Positions 56,357 to 64,000 of a stretch of DNA of 64,000 bases are shown here, piece by piece; within the stretch, counting starts at the first letter, position 1, and each line of letters opens with the position of its first letter. The DNA is taken from contig JAZQAO010000004.1 of assembly GCA_045545295.1 (NCBI GenBank), positions 27,105 to 91,104 of the forward strand, given 5' to 3'. The stretch comes from Clostridia bacterium (GTDB taxonomy: Bacteria; Bacillota; Clostridia; UMGS1883). A program made the translations under genes and the position numbers. The notes under the pieces are model-generated. The model saw only the letters and a list, made by a program, of their open reading frames with translations. It was not told where the DNA came from and searched no databases.

Positions 56357-57432
56357 CAGACAACCTTACCGTCCTTTACATTTATAATATTGGTGTTTTC
56401 ATTTATAAAAGAATTTTCAAGGTCTGTGCAGGTAATTATAATCTGTTTTCCTTTAATCTGAGAAATAAGAAAATCACGTCTTTTTTTATCAAGCTCACTC
56501 AATATATCGTCAAGAAGCATTATAGGATAATCTCCCGTTTCTTCTTTAATTATTTCCATCTGTGCCGACTTAAGACAAAGCACTGCTGTTCTTATCTGTC
56601 CCTGGCTGGCATAGGACTTTGCAATCTTTCCGTTTATTGAAAAATCAACCTCGTCACGGTGTATTCCCGCCATACAAAAGAGGTTTTCTTTTTCTTTTTC
56701 TTTGTATTCTTCAAGCTTTCTTAAAAAATTCTCTTTTATTTCATCAATACTTTCACCCATTTTTACACAGGGAGAGTACCTGACTGTAAGAATTTCCTTA
56801 TCGGACGAAATTTCTTTCTGAAGCTCTGCCGCTTTTTCTTCCATCCTCTTTATATAACTTGAACGCATAAGCATAATTTTGCTGCCGCTTTCGGCAAGCT
56901 TTTCGTTCCATATATCAAGAGTTGTATAATCTCTCATTTTTAAAAGAGCCGTTTTCTGATTTATTATGTTCCTGTAATGAATAAGCTCTTTTATAAACTG
57001 AGGACGAAGTGGCATAATAGAGCTGTCCACAAATCTTCTTCTTACATCGGGAAGTCCTTTTATAACTGACATTTCATCAGGTGTGAATACAACGCAGATA
57101 AAATTACCAAGAAGCTGACTTGTTTTTTTAAGTTCTATTTCATTTAAGTAAATTTCTTTGCGTTTTCCGCTTAAAAACTTAATTTCACCCTCATAATTTC
57201 TTTCATTATTAAAAAACGAAAGTGCAATACGGCTTTCTTTTTCACCGTCTTTTATAACTTCACGCCCACCGGCGCGGAAGCTCCTTCCGTAGGAAAAATA
57301 ATAAACCGCCTCGAGTATGTTTGTTTTTCCCATACCGTTGTCACCGTAAATTATATTTACCTCATCCCCGAAGGAAATTTTTTCATTTTCATAATTTCTG
57401 AAATTATAAAGCTCTAAAGATTCGGCTCTCAT
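56356..57432 (-). CDS. recF: DNA replication and repair protein RecF
   Basis: 358 aa with Walker A GDNGMGKTN and the ABC signature region. Confidence 0.95.
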   Translation of the reverse strand: MRAESLELYNFRNYENEKISFGDEVNIIYGDNGMGKTNILEAVYYFSYGRSFRAGGREVIKDGEKESRIALSFFNNERNYEGEIKFLSGKRKEIYLNEIELKKTSQLLGNFICVVFTPDEMSVIKGLPDVRRRFVDSSIMPLRPQFIKELIHYRNIINQKTALLKMRDYTTLDIWNEKLAESGSKIMLMRSSYIKRMEEKAAELQKEISSDKEILTVRYSPCVKMGESIDEIKENFLRKLEEYKEKEKENLFCMAGIHRDEVDFSINGKIAKSYASQGQIRTAVLCLKSAQMEIIKEETGDYPIMLLDDILSELDKKRRDFLISQIKGKQIIITCTDLENSFINENTNIINVKDGKVV

Positions 57433-57641
57433 CCTATTACAAATTCCTCATCTTCTATTTTAAATTTATCACCTTTATAAAGCTTTCTGCCGCGTCTGAG
57501 CTCTTTTTCGCCGTTAACGGTAACTAACCCTTCTAAAATCATTTCCTTGGCGTGTGCGCCATTTTCAGCGATTCCTGCGTATTTTAAAGCAGAGTCAAGC
57601 TTTATGTATTCTGTGTTAATTGAAATAATCATTTTTTTCAC
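57429..57641 (-). CDS. yaaA: S4-domain RNA-binding protein YaaA
   Basis: 70 aa in the conserved dnaN-yaaA-recF context. Confidence 0.85.
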   Translation of the reverse strand: MKKMIISINTEYIKLDSALKYAGIAENGAHAKEMILEGLVTVNGEKELRRGRKLYKGDKFKIEDEEFVIG

Positions 57642-57902
57642 AATTTTCCTTTTTATTTTTTTATCTGTTAAAGGAAATAGGAAAAAATGTTCAGAACGGA
57701 CAAACTGAACTGCGGCTTGCCGCAGGTTACCCGAAGCTGTATGTGTATACAGCGAGAGGTGAAGTTTGTTCGTAATTCGTTGGCATCAATTCAGAAATCC
57801 GCTTTGCGGATTTCAACCTTAAAAAATATTTATCAATTTTATAATAAAATTATATTAAAACTGTCGCCAACGAATGGTCTGGGCATTTTTAACATTTCCG
57901 CC

Positions 57903-59003
57903 TCATATTCTTACGGGAAGAACCATATAAAGATACGAGTCATCCTCTGTTGAATTTATTATAAGAGGATTAAAAGGGGAATTCATCTTAAGCTCAATCT
58001 CCTCACTGTCACATCTTGAAACGGCATCGTGAAGATATTTATAGTTAAATCCTATTTCTATATCTTCATCAAAGTAATCACATTCTACAATGTCATTTAC
58101 CTTACCAAGCACTGTTTCACAGCTGATTGATATTTTTCCGCCACCAAATCTGAAGCGAACGCAGTTTTTGCTTACTTCATCAATAATAGGCTCAACTCTT
58201 TCAATAGCTTTACTGAAAGCATAGCAATCTGTTTTAACCACATACTTTGATTCTGCAGGAATTGTATTTCTGTAAGAGAAAAATTCACCTTCTATAAGGC
58301 GTGATGTTATAATAACACCCTCACCCTCTATAAGAGCATAATTATCACTGAAGGATATGCTTATATCCTTATCGCTGCTTCCGCTTATAATTTTTGCAAT
58401 TTCGCTTTGTGTTTTACCGGGAATTATAAATTTAGCATCCTCGTGATCGCCTTCAAGCTCCATTTTAGTAAGAGCAAGCCTGTAACCGTCAACAGCTACA
58501 ACAGTAAGAGTGTTGTTTTCTATTTCGTAAAGAGATCCTGTAAGAATCTTTCTTGCATTGTCCATTGAAACTGCAAAAAGAGTTTTTCCTATTATTTCAC
58601 GAAGCTTCTCACTGTTTAAAACGATGGTGCTCTTTTTTGCAATCATTGGAGGCTGAGGAAATTCATCTGCATTCAGACCAACTATTTTGTAGTCTGCATT
58701 TTTACATATAATGGAAACATTGCCCTTTTCATTGGTTGTTATTTCACAAACATCTTCAGGAAGCTTTCTTACAATGTCGGAAAACATTTTTGAATTAAGT
58801 ACAATACTTCCCTCTTCCTGAATATTTGCGCTTATGGAGGTTCTTATTGAAATTTCAAGATTATTGCCAAGTAATGTCACAATACCCCCCTCTGCTTTGA
58901 GAAGTATACCTTCAAGATGAGGGATTGGTGATTTAACGGCAACTGCCTTCGAAACAATACCTATTGCTTCAGAAAGATTTTTTGTATCGCAGAAAAATTT
59001 CAT
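57903..59003 (-). CDS. dnaN: DNA polymerase III beta sliding clamp
   Basis: 366 aa in conserved context, with a typical three-domain length. Confidence 0.95.
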   Translation of the reverse strand: MKFFCDTKNLSEAIGIVSKAVAVKSPIPHLEGILLKAEGGIVTLLGNNLEISIRTSISANIQEEGSIVLNSKMFSDIVRKLPEDVCEITTNEKGNVSIICKNADYKIVGLNADEFPQPPMIAKKSTIVLNSEKLREIIGKTLFAVSMDNARKILTGSLYEIENNTLTVVAVDGYRLALTKMELEGDHEDAKFIIPGKTQSEIAKIISGSSDKDISISFSDNYALIEGEGVIITSRLIEGEFFSYRNTIPAESKYVVKTDCYAFSKAIERVEPIIDEVSKNCVRFRFGGGKISISCETVLGKVNDIVECDYFDEDIEIGFNYKYLHDAVSRCDSEEIELKMNSPFNPLIINSTEDDSYLYMVLPVRI

Positions 59004-59023
59004 TTTAAAATCATCCTTTCAGT

Positions 59024-59195
59024 CTTATATAATAATATATATATTATATAAAAGTATAAGTAGTAAAGTTAGTTGTGTGAATAAACTGTCATATCCCTTT
59101 CAGAGACCGGGAAAGACGGATTTAAAAGCTGTGAATAAAATGTGTAAGTAAAAATAATTAAAATTTAACCGTACTGTTAATTAACAATAATTGTG
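59024..59195. other. oriC part II (dnaA-dnaN spacer): AT-rich unwinding-like tract plus DnaA-box-like sites
   Basis: TATATAATAATATATATATTATATAAAAGTATAAG at ~59026-59060. TGTGAATAA at 59076-59084 and 59130-59138. Confidence 0.65.
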
Positions 59196-60500
59196 TTAAT
59201 TACCTGCACCCTTTATATCATTTATAAGTCCTTCAATATTTATTTTTATTCCCATATCATCATCCATCAGTTTTGAAATCTGTTTGTGTGCATAAATTGC
59301 AGTAGCATGGTCCTTTTCAAAAACTGCACCAATTTTAGGGAAAGAGTAGTCAATAACCTCTCTCATAAGATACATTGAAACCTGACGTGCAAAAGCAATT
59401 TCCTTTGTTTTCTTCTTAGAGTATATATCTTCTTTCTTAATGTTATAGAACTTAGCGCAGGCTTCTATTATATAATCCGGAGTTATTTTCTTGTCGTTGC
59501 TGTCGCCGTAGTCCTTCAGAGCCTCCATAGCGACGTCAATTGTTATTTCTTTATTTATAAGTCCGCGGTAAGCAACAACTCTGTTGAATACACCTTCAAG
59601 CTCACGGATGTTTGATTTTATTTTCTGAGCTATAAAATCTATAATGTCGTCTCCTATGATAACACCGTCGTCCTGTGCTTTTTTACGGAGAATAGCAACT
59701 CTTGTTTCGTAATCCGGAGGCTGTATGTCACAGATAAGTCCCCATCCGAATCTTGAACGGAGTCTTTCTTCAAGAGTTTTGATTTCATTTGGCGGACGGT
59801 CGCTTGTAAGAACAATCTGCTTATTGGCTTCGTGCAGAGCATTGAATGTATGAAAAAACTCTTCTTCCGTAGATGTTTTTCCTGCTATAAACTGAATATC
59901 GTCAACAAGCAGCACATCAATATTTCTGTACTTATCGCGAAATTCCTGATTTGTTTTGTCACGAAGGGAATTTATAAGGTCGTTTGTAAAAGTTTCAGCA
60001 CTTACAAATTCAATTCGGGCATTGGGGTTTTCACCCTTTATGTAGTTACCGATAGCGTGCATAAGATGTGTTTTTCCAAGACCTACACCACCGTAAATAA
60101 AAAGCGGATTGTAAGCATAAGCCGGAGCTTCCGCAACTGCAAGTGATGCACACTGTGCAAAACGGTTAGAGTTACCTACAACGAAATTATCAAAGGTGTA
60201 TTTATCGTAAACACTCGGGTTTTCCTGCCTTTTTTGAACTGCCGGCAAATTTTCCGAAAGAACAAACTCAATATTATAAAGCTTGCCTGTAATTTCGCTT
60301 ATGGTGTACTTAATAAGGTCGCGGTAGCGCATCTCAACCATATTTTTTATAATTGTGCTTCCTACGGAAAGAGTAAAAGTATCATCCGTAATGCTGACCG
60401 GCTTAATATCCTTTATCCAGGTGTTATAGCCGACCTGAGAAACCTCATCTTCGAGCATGAAGAGGCATTCTGTCCATAAATTCATCAAATCAAAATCCAT
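59196..60500 (-). CDS. dnaA: chromosomal replication initiator DnaA
   Basis: 434 aa with Walker A GGVGLGKTHL and a C-terminal DNA-binding domain. Confidence 0.97.
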   Translation of the reverse strand: MDFDLMNLWTECLFMLEDEVSQVGYNTWIKDIKPVSITDDTFTLSVGSTIIKNMVEMRYRDLIKYTISEITGKLYNIEFVLSENLPAVQKRQENPSVYDKYTFDNFVVGNSNRFAQCASLAVAEAPAYAYNPLFIYGGVGLGKTHLMHAIGNYIKGENPNARIEFVSAETFTNDLINSLRDKTNQEFRDKYRNIDVLLVDDIQFIAGKTSTEEEFFHTFNALHEANKQIVLTSDRPPNEIKTLEERLRSRFGWGLICDIQPPDYETRVAILRKKAQDDGVIIGDDIIDFIAQKIKSNIRELEGVFNRVVAYRGLINKEITIDVAMEALKDYGDSNDKKITPDYIIEACAKFYNIKKEDIYSKKKTKEIAFARQVSMYLMREVIDYSFPKIGAVFEKDHATAIYAHKQISKLMDDDMGIKINIEGLINDIKGAGN

Positions 60501-60734
60501 AAAATATTTCCCTCACCAAAAAAAAATTTAAAAAAGTTATAAACAGCGCTGTTAATAAAAGATGTTAATAAGTGGCTCTGTACTGCATAAATCGACAAAA
60601 AAACTGTGAATAACTGTACAAAAGTTAAAAAATCAGAGCAAAAACTGTGAATAACTCTCTTATTTATCTATCTAATTAAATATAACATATAGTATGTCGA
60701 AAATCAAGTCCAAACAAAAAAAATAAAATAAATG
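60501..60734. other. oriC part I / dnaA promoter region with DnaA-box-like sites
   Basis: TGTGAATAA at 60605-60613 and 60646-60654. TGTTAATAA at 60550-60558 and 60563-60571. Confidence 0.65.
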
Positions 60735-60763
60735 TTGACAAAAAAAATTTTTTTTGGTATATT
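60735..60763 (+). promoter_or_regulatory. rpmH promoter
   Basis: TTGACA (60735-60740), 17-nt spacer, TATATT (60758-60763). Confidence 0.65.
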
Positions 60764-60835
60764 AAGTTGGTATCGTTATGGTAAACTAGCTAAAATTAGC
60801 CCTTATGGCTTTTATTTTTAAGGAGGTGCAGATAA

Positions 60836-60970
60836 ATGCTCAGAACTTATCAGCCTAATGTAAGAAAAAGAAAAAAAGACCACGGTTTCAGAAAGAGAAT
60901 GAGTACCGCTAACGGCAGAAAGGTGCTCAGAAGACGCCGTCAGAGAGGTAGACGTGTTCTTTCTGCATAA
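60836..60970 (+). CDS. rpmH: 50S ribosomal protein L34
   Basis: Own translation: [53 protein letters not shown]. Below the ORF-track size cutoff. Confidence 0.95.
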   Translation: MLRTYQPNVRKRKKDHGFRKRMSTANGRKVLRRRRQRGRRVLSA

Positions 60971-60997
60971 GTGCAGAAAGAACACACTCTGTGTGTT

Positions 60998-61342
60998 ATG
61001 AAAGTTATTTCAATTAAAGAAAACAGTGATTTTAAAAGACTCTATTACAGGGGTAAGTCTGTGGTAAAGGGAAACATCGCCCTTTATTACAGAAAAAACG
61101 CTTTTTCTTACACAAGACTCGGTCTGACAGTTTCTCCCAAGGTGGGAAATGCCGTCACAAGAAACAGAATAAGGCGGCTTATCAAAGAGAATTACAGACT
61201 TTCAGAAGGTTTACTTATGGGTTATGATATCGTAGTAGTAGCCAGAAAAAGGTCAAAGGACGCATCCTTTGACGATATTAAAAAAGATTTGAAAAGTGCG
61301 CTTTGTGAAAGCGGGCTTTTAAAAGGGAATGAGACTGATTAA
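60998..61342 (+). CDS. rnpA: ribonuclease P protein component
   Basis: [20 protein letters not shown]... with a [10 protein letters not shown] motif. The track start 60971 is a GTG abutting the rpmH stop; I prefer the ATG at 60998. Confidence 0.9.
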   Translation: MKVISIKENSDFKRLYYRGKSVVKGNIALYYRKNAFSYTRLGLTVSPKVGNAVTRNRIRRLIKENYRLSEGLLMGYDIVVVARKRSKDASFDDIKKDLKSALCESGLLKGNETD

Positions 61343-61547
61343 AAAAATTTTTATCGGTATTATCAAATTTTACAGGAAATATATATCTCCTATGAAAAAA
61401 CCTTGTTGCCGCTTTACACCCACTTGTTCAGAGTATGCCATGCAGGCTTTTGAAAAGTATGGAGTGATAAAGGGGCTTTATTTGTCTGTAAAAAGAATTT
61501 TAAGGTGTCAGCCTTTTTGCAAAGGCGGATACGACCCTGTTCCGTAA
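61329..61547 (+). CDS. yidD: membrane protein insertion efficiency factor YidD
   Basis: 72 aa with [11 protein letters not shown] and [14 protein letters not shown] motifs. Confidence 0.9.
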   Translation: MRLIKKIFIGIIKFYRKYISPMKKPCCRFTPTCSEYAMQAFEKYGVIKGLYLSVKRILRCQPFCKGGYDPVP

Positions 61548-61583
61548 CCGGCAGAAATCTCTGCCATTAAAAGGAGATTAAAA

Positions 61584-62444
61584 ATGAATTTTTTGTATGT
61601 ATTTGCAAAGCCTTTATCCTGGATAATAAGGCCTATTTATGAATGGATCGGTGACTACGGTCTTACTCTTATTGCAGTAACTCTTCTCATAAAAATTATA
61701 ACAATTCCTTTTACTATAATGTCGCAGAAGAGTACAGCTAAAACACAGCTTATTCAGCCTGAACTTCTGAAAATTCAGGAAAAATATAAAAACGACAAAA
61801 ATATGCAGAGCATAAAGATGCAGGAGCTTTACAGAAAGAACAATGTAAATCCTTTAGGCGGATGTCTCCCCCTTATATTACAGATGTTCGTTCTTTTCGG
61901 ATTTATCCGCGTTGTATATGATCCCCTTACTTATATGCTCGGTCTTACTGCAGAGCAGATTGATACAATTAAAGAAGCACTTAAAATAGAAGGTCATATA
62001 TATCAGGTAACACTTTGCGGTGTAGAAGGTTTCGCTCAGAAGCTTAAAGAAGTTGCTCCGAATATTGGTGCAATAGATTTTGATTTCTTTGGAATTGACC
62101 TTACTCTTACTCCAAAGGACCATATAATGAACTGGACTGTATGGATATTCCCTGCTCTTGCAACAATTTCAACTTTCCTTTCTTCTCATATAACAAAGAA
62201 GCAGATGGAAAGTAAACAGGCAGGTAACAAAAAGAAAAACTCTGCTGAAGACCAGGCACAGAATATGAGTGATACAATGATGAAAATTATGCCTATAATG
62301 ACAGCATTTTTCACTGTTACGATGCCCGTTGGAATGAGTCTTTACTGGTTTATATCAACTGCATTCCAGTTAGTTCAGCAAACTGTTATGAATGATTATA
62401 TAAACAATAAAATAAAAGCAGAAATAATGGCGAAAGGAAAGTAA
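61584..62444 (+). CDS. yidC: YidC/Oxa1-family membrane insertase
   Basis: 286 aa in conserved context. NPLGGCLPLILQMFV motif. Confidence 0.9.
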   Translation: MNFLYVFAKPLSWIIRPIYEWIGDYGLTLIAVTLLIKIITIPFTIMSQKSTAKTQLIQPELLKIQEKYKNDKNMQSIKMQELYRKNNVNPLGGCLPLILQMFVLFGFIRVVYDPLTYMLGLTAEQIDTIKEALKIEGHIYQVTLCGVEGFAQKLKEVAPNIGAIDFDFFGIDLTLTPKDHIMNWTVWIFPALATISTFLSSHITKKQMESKQAGNKKKNSAEDQAQNMSDTMMKIMPIMTAFFTVTMPVGMSLYWFISTAFQLVQQTVMNDYINNKIKAEIMAKGK

Positions 62445-62448
62445 TTAG

Positions 62449-63141
62449 ATGATAATTATAGAAAAAAGCGGTAAAACCATTGATGAAGCCGTTAATGCAG
62501 CACTTCTTGAGCTTAATGTGGACAAGGACAGCGTTGAAATAGAAGTTATTAACGAAGGAAAAAGAGGTATCCTCGGACTTGGTGCGGAAGATGCCGTAGT
62601 AAGAGTAAAAATGGAGGAAACTCCTCTCTCAAAAGCAGAAAAATACGTTGCATCCGTTATGGAAAAGTTCGGTATTGAAACAGAACTCAAGTCTTCTTTT
62701 GAAGATGAAACAGTAAATATAGAAATAGTTGGTGACAGCGAAGCAGTCGGTAAAGTAATAGGCAGACGCGGTGATACTCTTGACGCTCTCCAGTACCTTA
62801 CATCACTTGTTGTAAATAAAGATGAAGAGGATTATATAAGAGTTACAATTGATACCGAAAATTACAGAAGCAAGAGAGAGGAAACTCTTATAAAGCTTGC
62901 AAAGAGAATGGCAGGTATTGTGTCAAAAAGCAGAAAGAGCATTACTCTTGATCCTATGAATCCTAACGAAAGAAGAATTATACATTCTGCACTTCAGGAA
63001 TACAGAAATGTAACAACATATTCTACAGGTAAAGAGCCTAACCGTTGTGTGGTTATTACAACAAAGAAAAGAGAATATGATGAAAATTACGTTTCAAAGT
63101 ATCGTTACAATAGAAAAGAAAACGAACTCGAAGGAGTTTAA
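62449..63141 (+). CDS. jag: Jag/KhpB RNA-binding protein (Jag_N, KH, R3H)
   Basis: 230 aa. GKTIDEAVNAALLELN N-domain and a C-terminal R3H (PMNPNERRIIHSAL). Confidence 0.9.
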   Translation: MIIIEKSGKTIDEAVNAALLELNVDKDSVEIEVINEGKRGILGLGAEDAVVRVKMEETPLSKAEKYVASVMEKFGIETELKSSFEDETVNIEIVGDSEAVGKVIGRRGDTLDALQYLTSLVVNKDEEDYIRVTIDTENYRSKREETLIKLAKRMAGIVSKSRKSITLDPMNPNERRIIHSALQEYRNVTTYSTGKEPNRCVVITTKKREYDENYVSKYRYNRKENELEGV

Positions 63142-63143
63142 TC

Positions 63144-63326
63144 GGATGGCAACGCCATCCTTTCGCAACAAAAGTTTTACTTCGTAAAAGCATTCGTTGC
63201 GAGTGAAGGTCTTTCGCTCGCGCACCGCTCACCGCGGTAGACCTTGTAAGGTGTTAAAAACGAGGTACACGCCCCCGTTTTTAACGGAATTTATGTTAAG
63301 GGGTATCCCCTTAACAATCCCCTTTA
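63144..63326 (+). repeat. ~183-bp structured repeat, copy S2 (jag-mnmE spacer)
   Basis: Inverted with respect to S1. It starts with the jag terminator hairpin GGATGGC/GCCATCC. Confidence 0.9.
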
Positions 63327-63494
63327 GTTAGAAGAACTTCTTCGGTTCAGTTCGTGCGTTCTGCACTACTTTTGCTCGTTTTTAAGTGCTCGGAATTAAA
63401 TATGGTGAGAAAGAGGTGAAAGGTCTTTCTTATAAGATAAAATCTTATGAGAAGTATCGTTTTACCTCTTATTTTTTACATTGGAAGTGAATTT

Positions 63495-64000
63495 ATGATT
63501 GAAAATACTACAATTTGTGCCCTGTCTACCCCGCGGGGTAAAGGTGGAATTGCCGTTATAAGAGTAAGCGGTGAAAAAGCCCTTGAAATAACAGAAAGAG
63601 TTATAAAATCAAATAAAAAAATTACCGAGGCTGACGGGTACACAATAGTTTACGGAAAGGCAGTTTTTAATAATATCACTATTGATGAATGTCTTGTAAG
63701 CGTATTTCGTGCTCCTAACTCCTTTACCGGTGAAAATGTGTGCGAAATAAGCTGCCACGGCTCAATGGTAAGTGTTGAAAGAATTATAGACGCACTTCTG
63801 GAAAACGGTGCTTCCATGGCAGGCAAAGGTGAATTTACAAAAAGAGCTTTTCTTAACGGAAAGCTTTCCCTTACAGAGGCGGAAGCTGTAAATGATGTTA
63901 TAAATTCGAAGACCGACGAAGCTCTTTATGCCGCAGTAAACAGACTTGAGGGCTCAATTACGAAGCCTATCATAAAAATAAGAGAAGAGCTTCTCGATTT
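63495..64000 (+). CDS. mnmE: tRNA modification GTPase MnmE (N-terminal part; runs off the window)
   Basis: Own translation: MIENTTICALSTPRGKGGIAVIRVSG...SFTGENVCEISCHGS. Confidence 0.9.
   Translation, partial: MIENTTICALSTPRGKGGIAVIRVSGEKALEITERVIKSNKKITEADGYTIVYGKAVFNNITIDECLVSVFRAPNSFTGENVCEISCHGSMVSVERIIDALLENGASMAGKGEFTKRAFLNGKLSLTEAEAVNDVINSKTDEALYAAVNRLEGSITKPIIKIREELLD

Noticed and set aside
1-64000. tRNA, rRNA or tmRNA genes, often found near origins and as integrase targets.
   Set aside because: None of the intergenic regions I read contains a cloverleaf-compatible sequence or a GGTTCGAATCC-type T-arm. I could not run a covariance-model scan, so a missed small RNA is possible.

Overview
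This window is the replication-origin neighbourhood of a low-GC Firmicute, probably a member of the Clostridia (SLH-anchored surface proteins, the yaaA-recF-remB-gyrB arrangement).

**1. 1-8.7 kb.** A minus-strand operon (alpha/beta hydrolase, OYE flavoenzyme, SDR, large FAD flavoprotein, MurQ etherase, BadF-type sugar kinase) sits opposite a divergent plus-strand pair (Gfo/Idh/MocA oxidoreductase, amidohydrolase).

**2. 8.8-40.7 kb.** About 32 kb of back-to-back minus-strand genes form a Gram-positive glycan-utilisation locus. It holds two LamG-like secreted proteins (one fused to a CE12/SGNH esterase) and a cytoplasmic GH-like protein. It also holds an LplABC-type sugar ABC importer and a membrane-anchored AraC regulator. 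Five large secreted proteins follow (1599 and 1123 aa multi-module proteins, three SLH-anchored proteins). Two tandem GH20C-like hexosaminidases and an amidohydrolase fusion close the array.

**3. 40.9-44.6 kb.** An AT-rich, decayed integrative element carries a Rep_trans-like initiator and iteron-like repeats. It also carries a truncated tyrosine integrase and a three-gene toxin / HTH-antitoxin / SecB-like chaperone (TAC) cassette with a consensus promoter and a palindromic operator.

**4. 44.7-51.3 kb.** This accessory patch holds surface proteins (SLH-like, BspA-type LRR lipoprotein, WG-repeat/SLH) and a solitary L-rhamnose isomerase. It is punctuated by a roughly 95-nt multi-hairpin repeat family.

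**5. 51.3-64 kb.** The core origin block is gyrA, gyrB, remB-like, recF, yaaA, dnaN, dnaA, oriC, rpmH, rnpA, yidD, yidC, jag, mnmE. The 9-kb gyrB-to-jag segment is bracketed by a roughly 183-bp, about 95% identical inverted repeat.

A conserved GTGACA direct-repeat operator with identical geometry links three promoters (6.4 kb divergent pair and 40.8 kb). I recognised no rRNA, tRNA or CRISPR array. All similarity statements come from reading the translations and sequence by eye; no searches were run.
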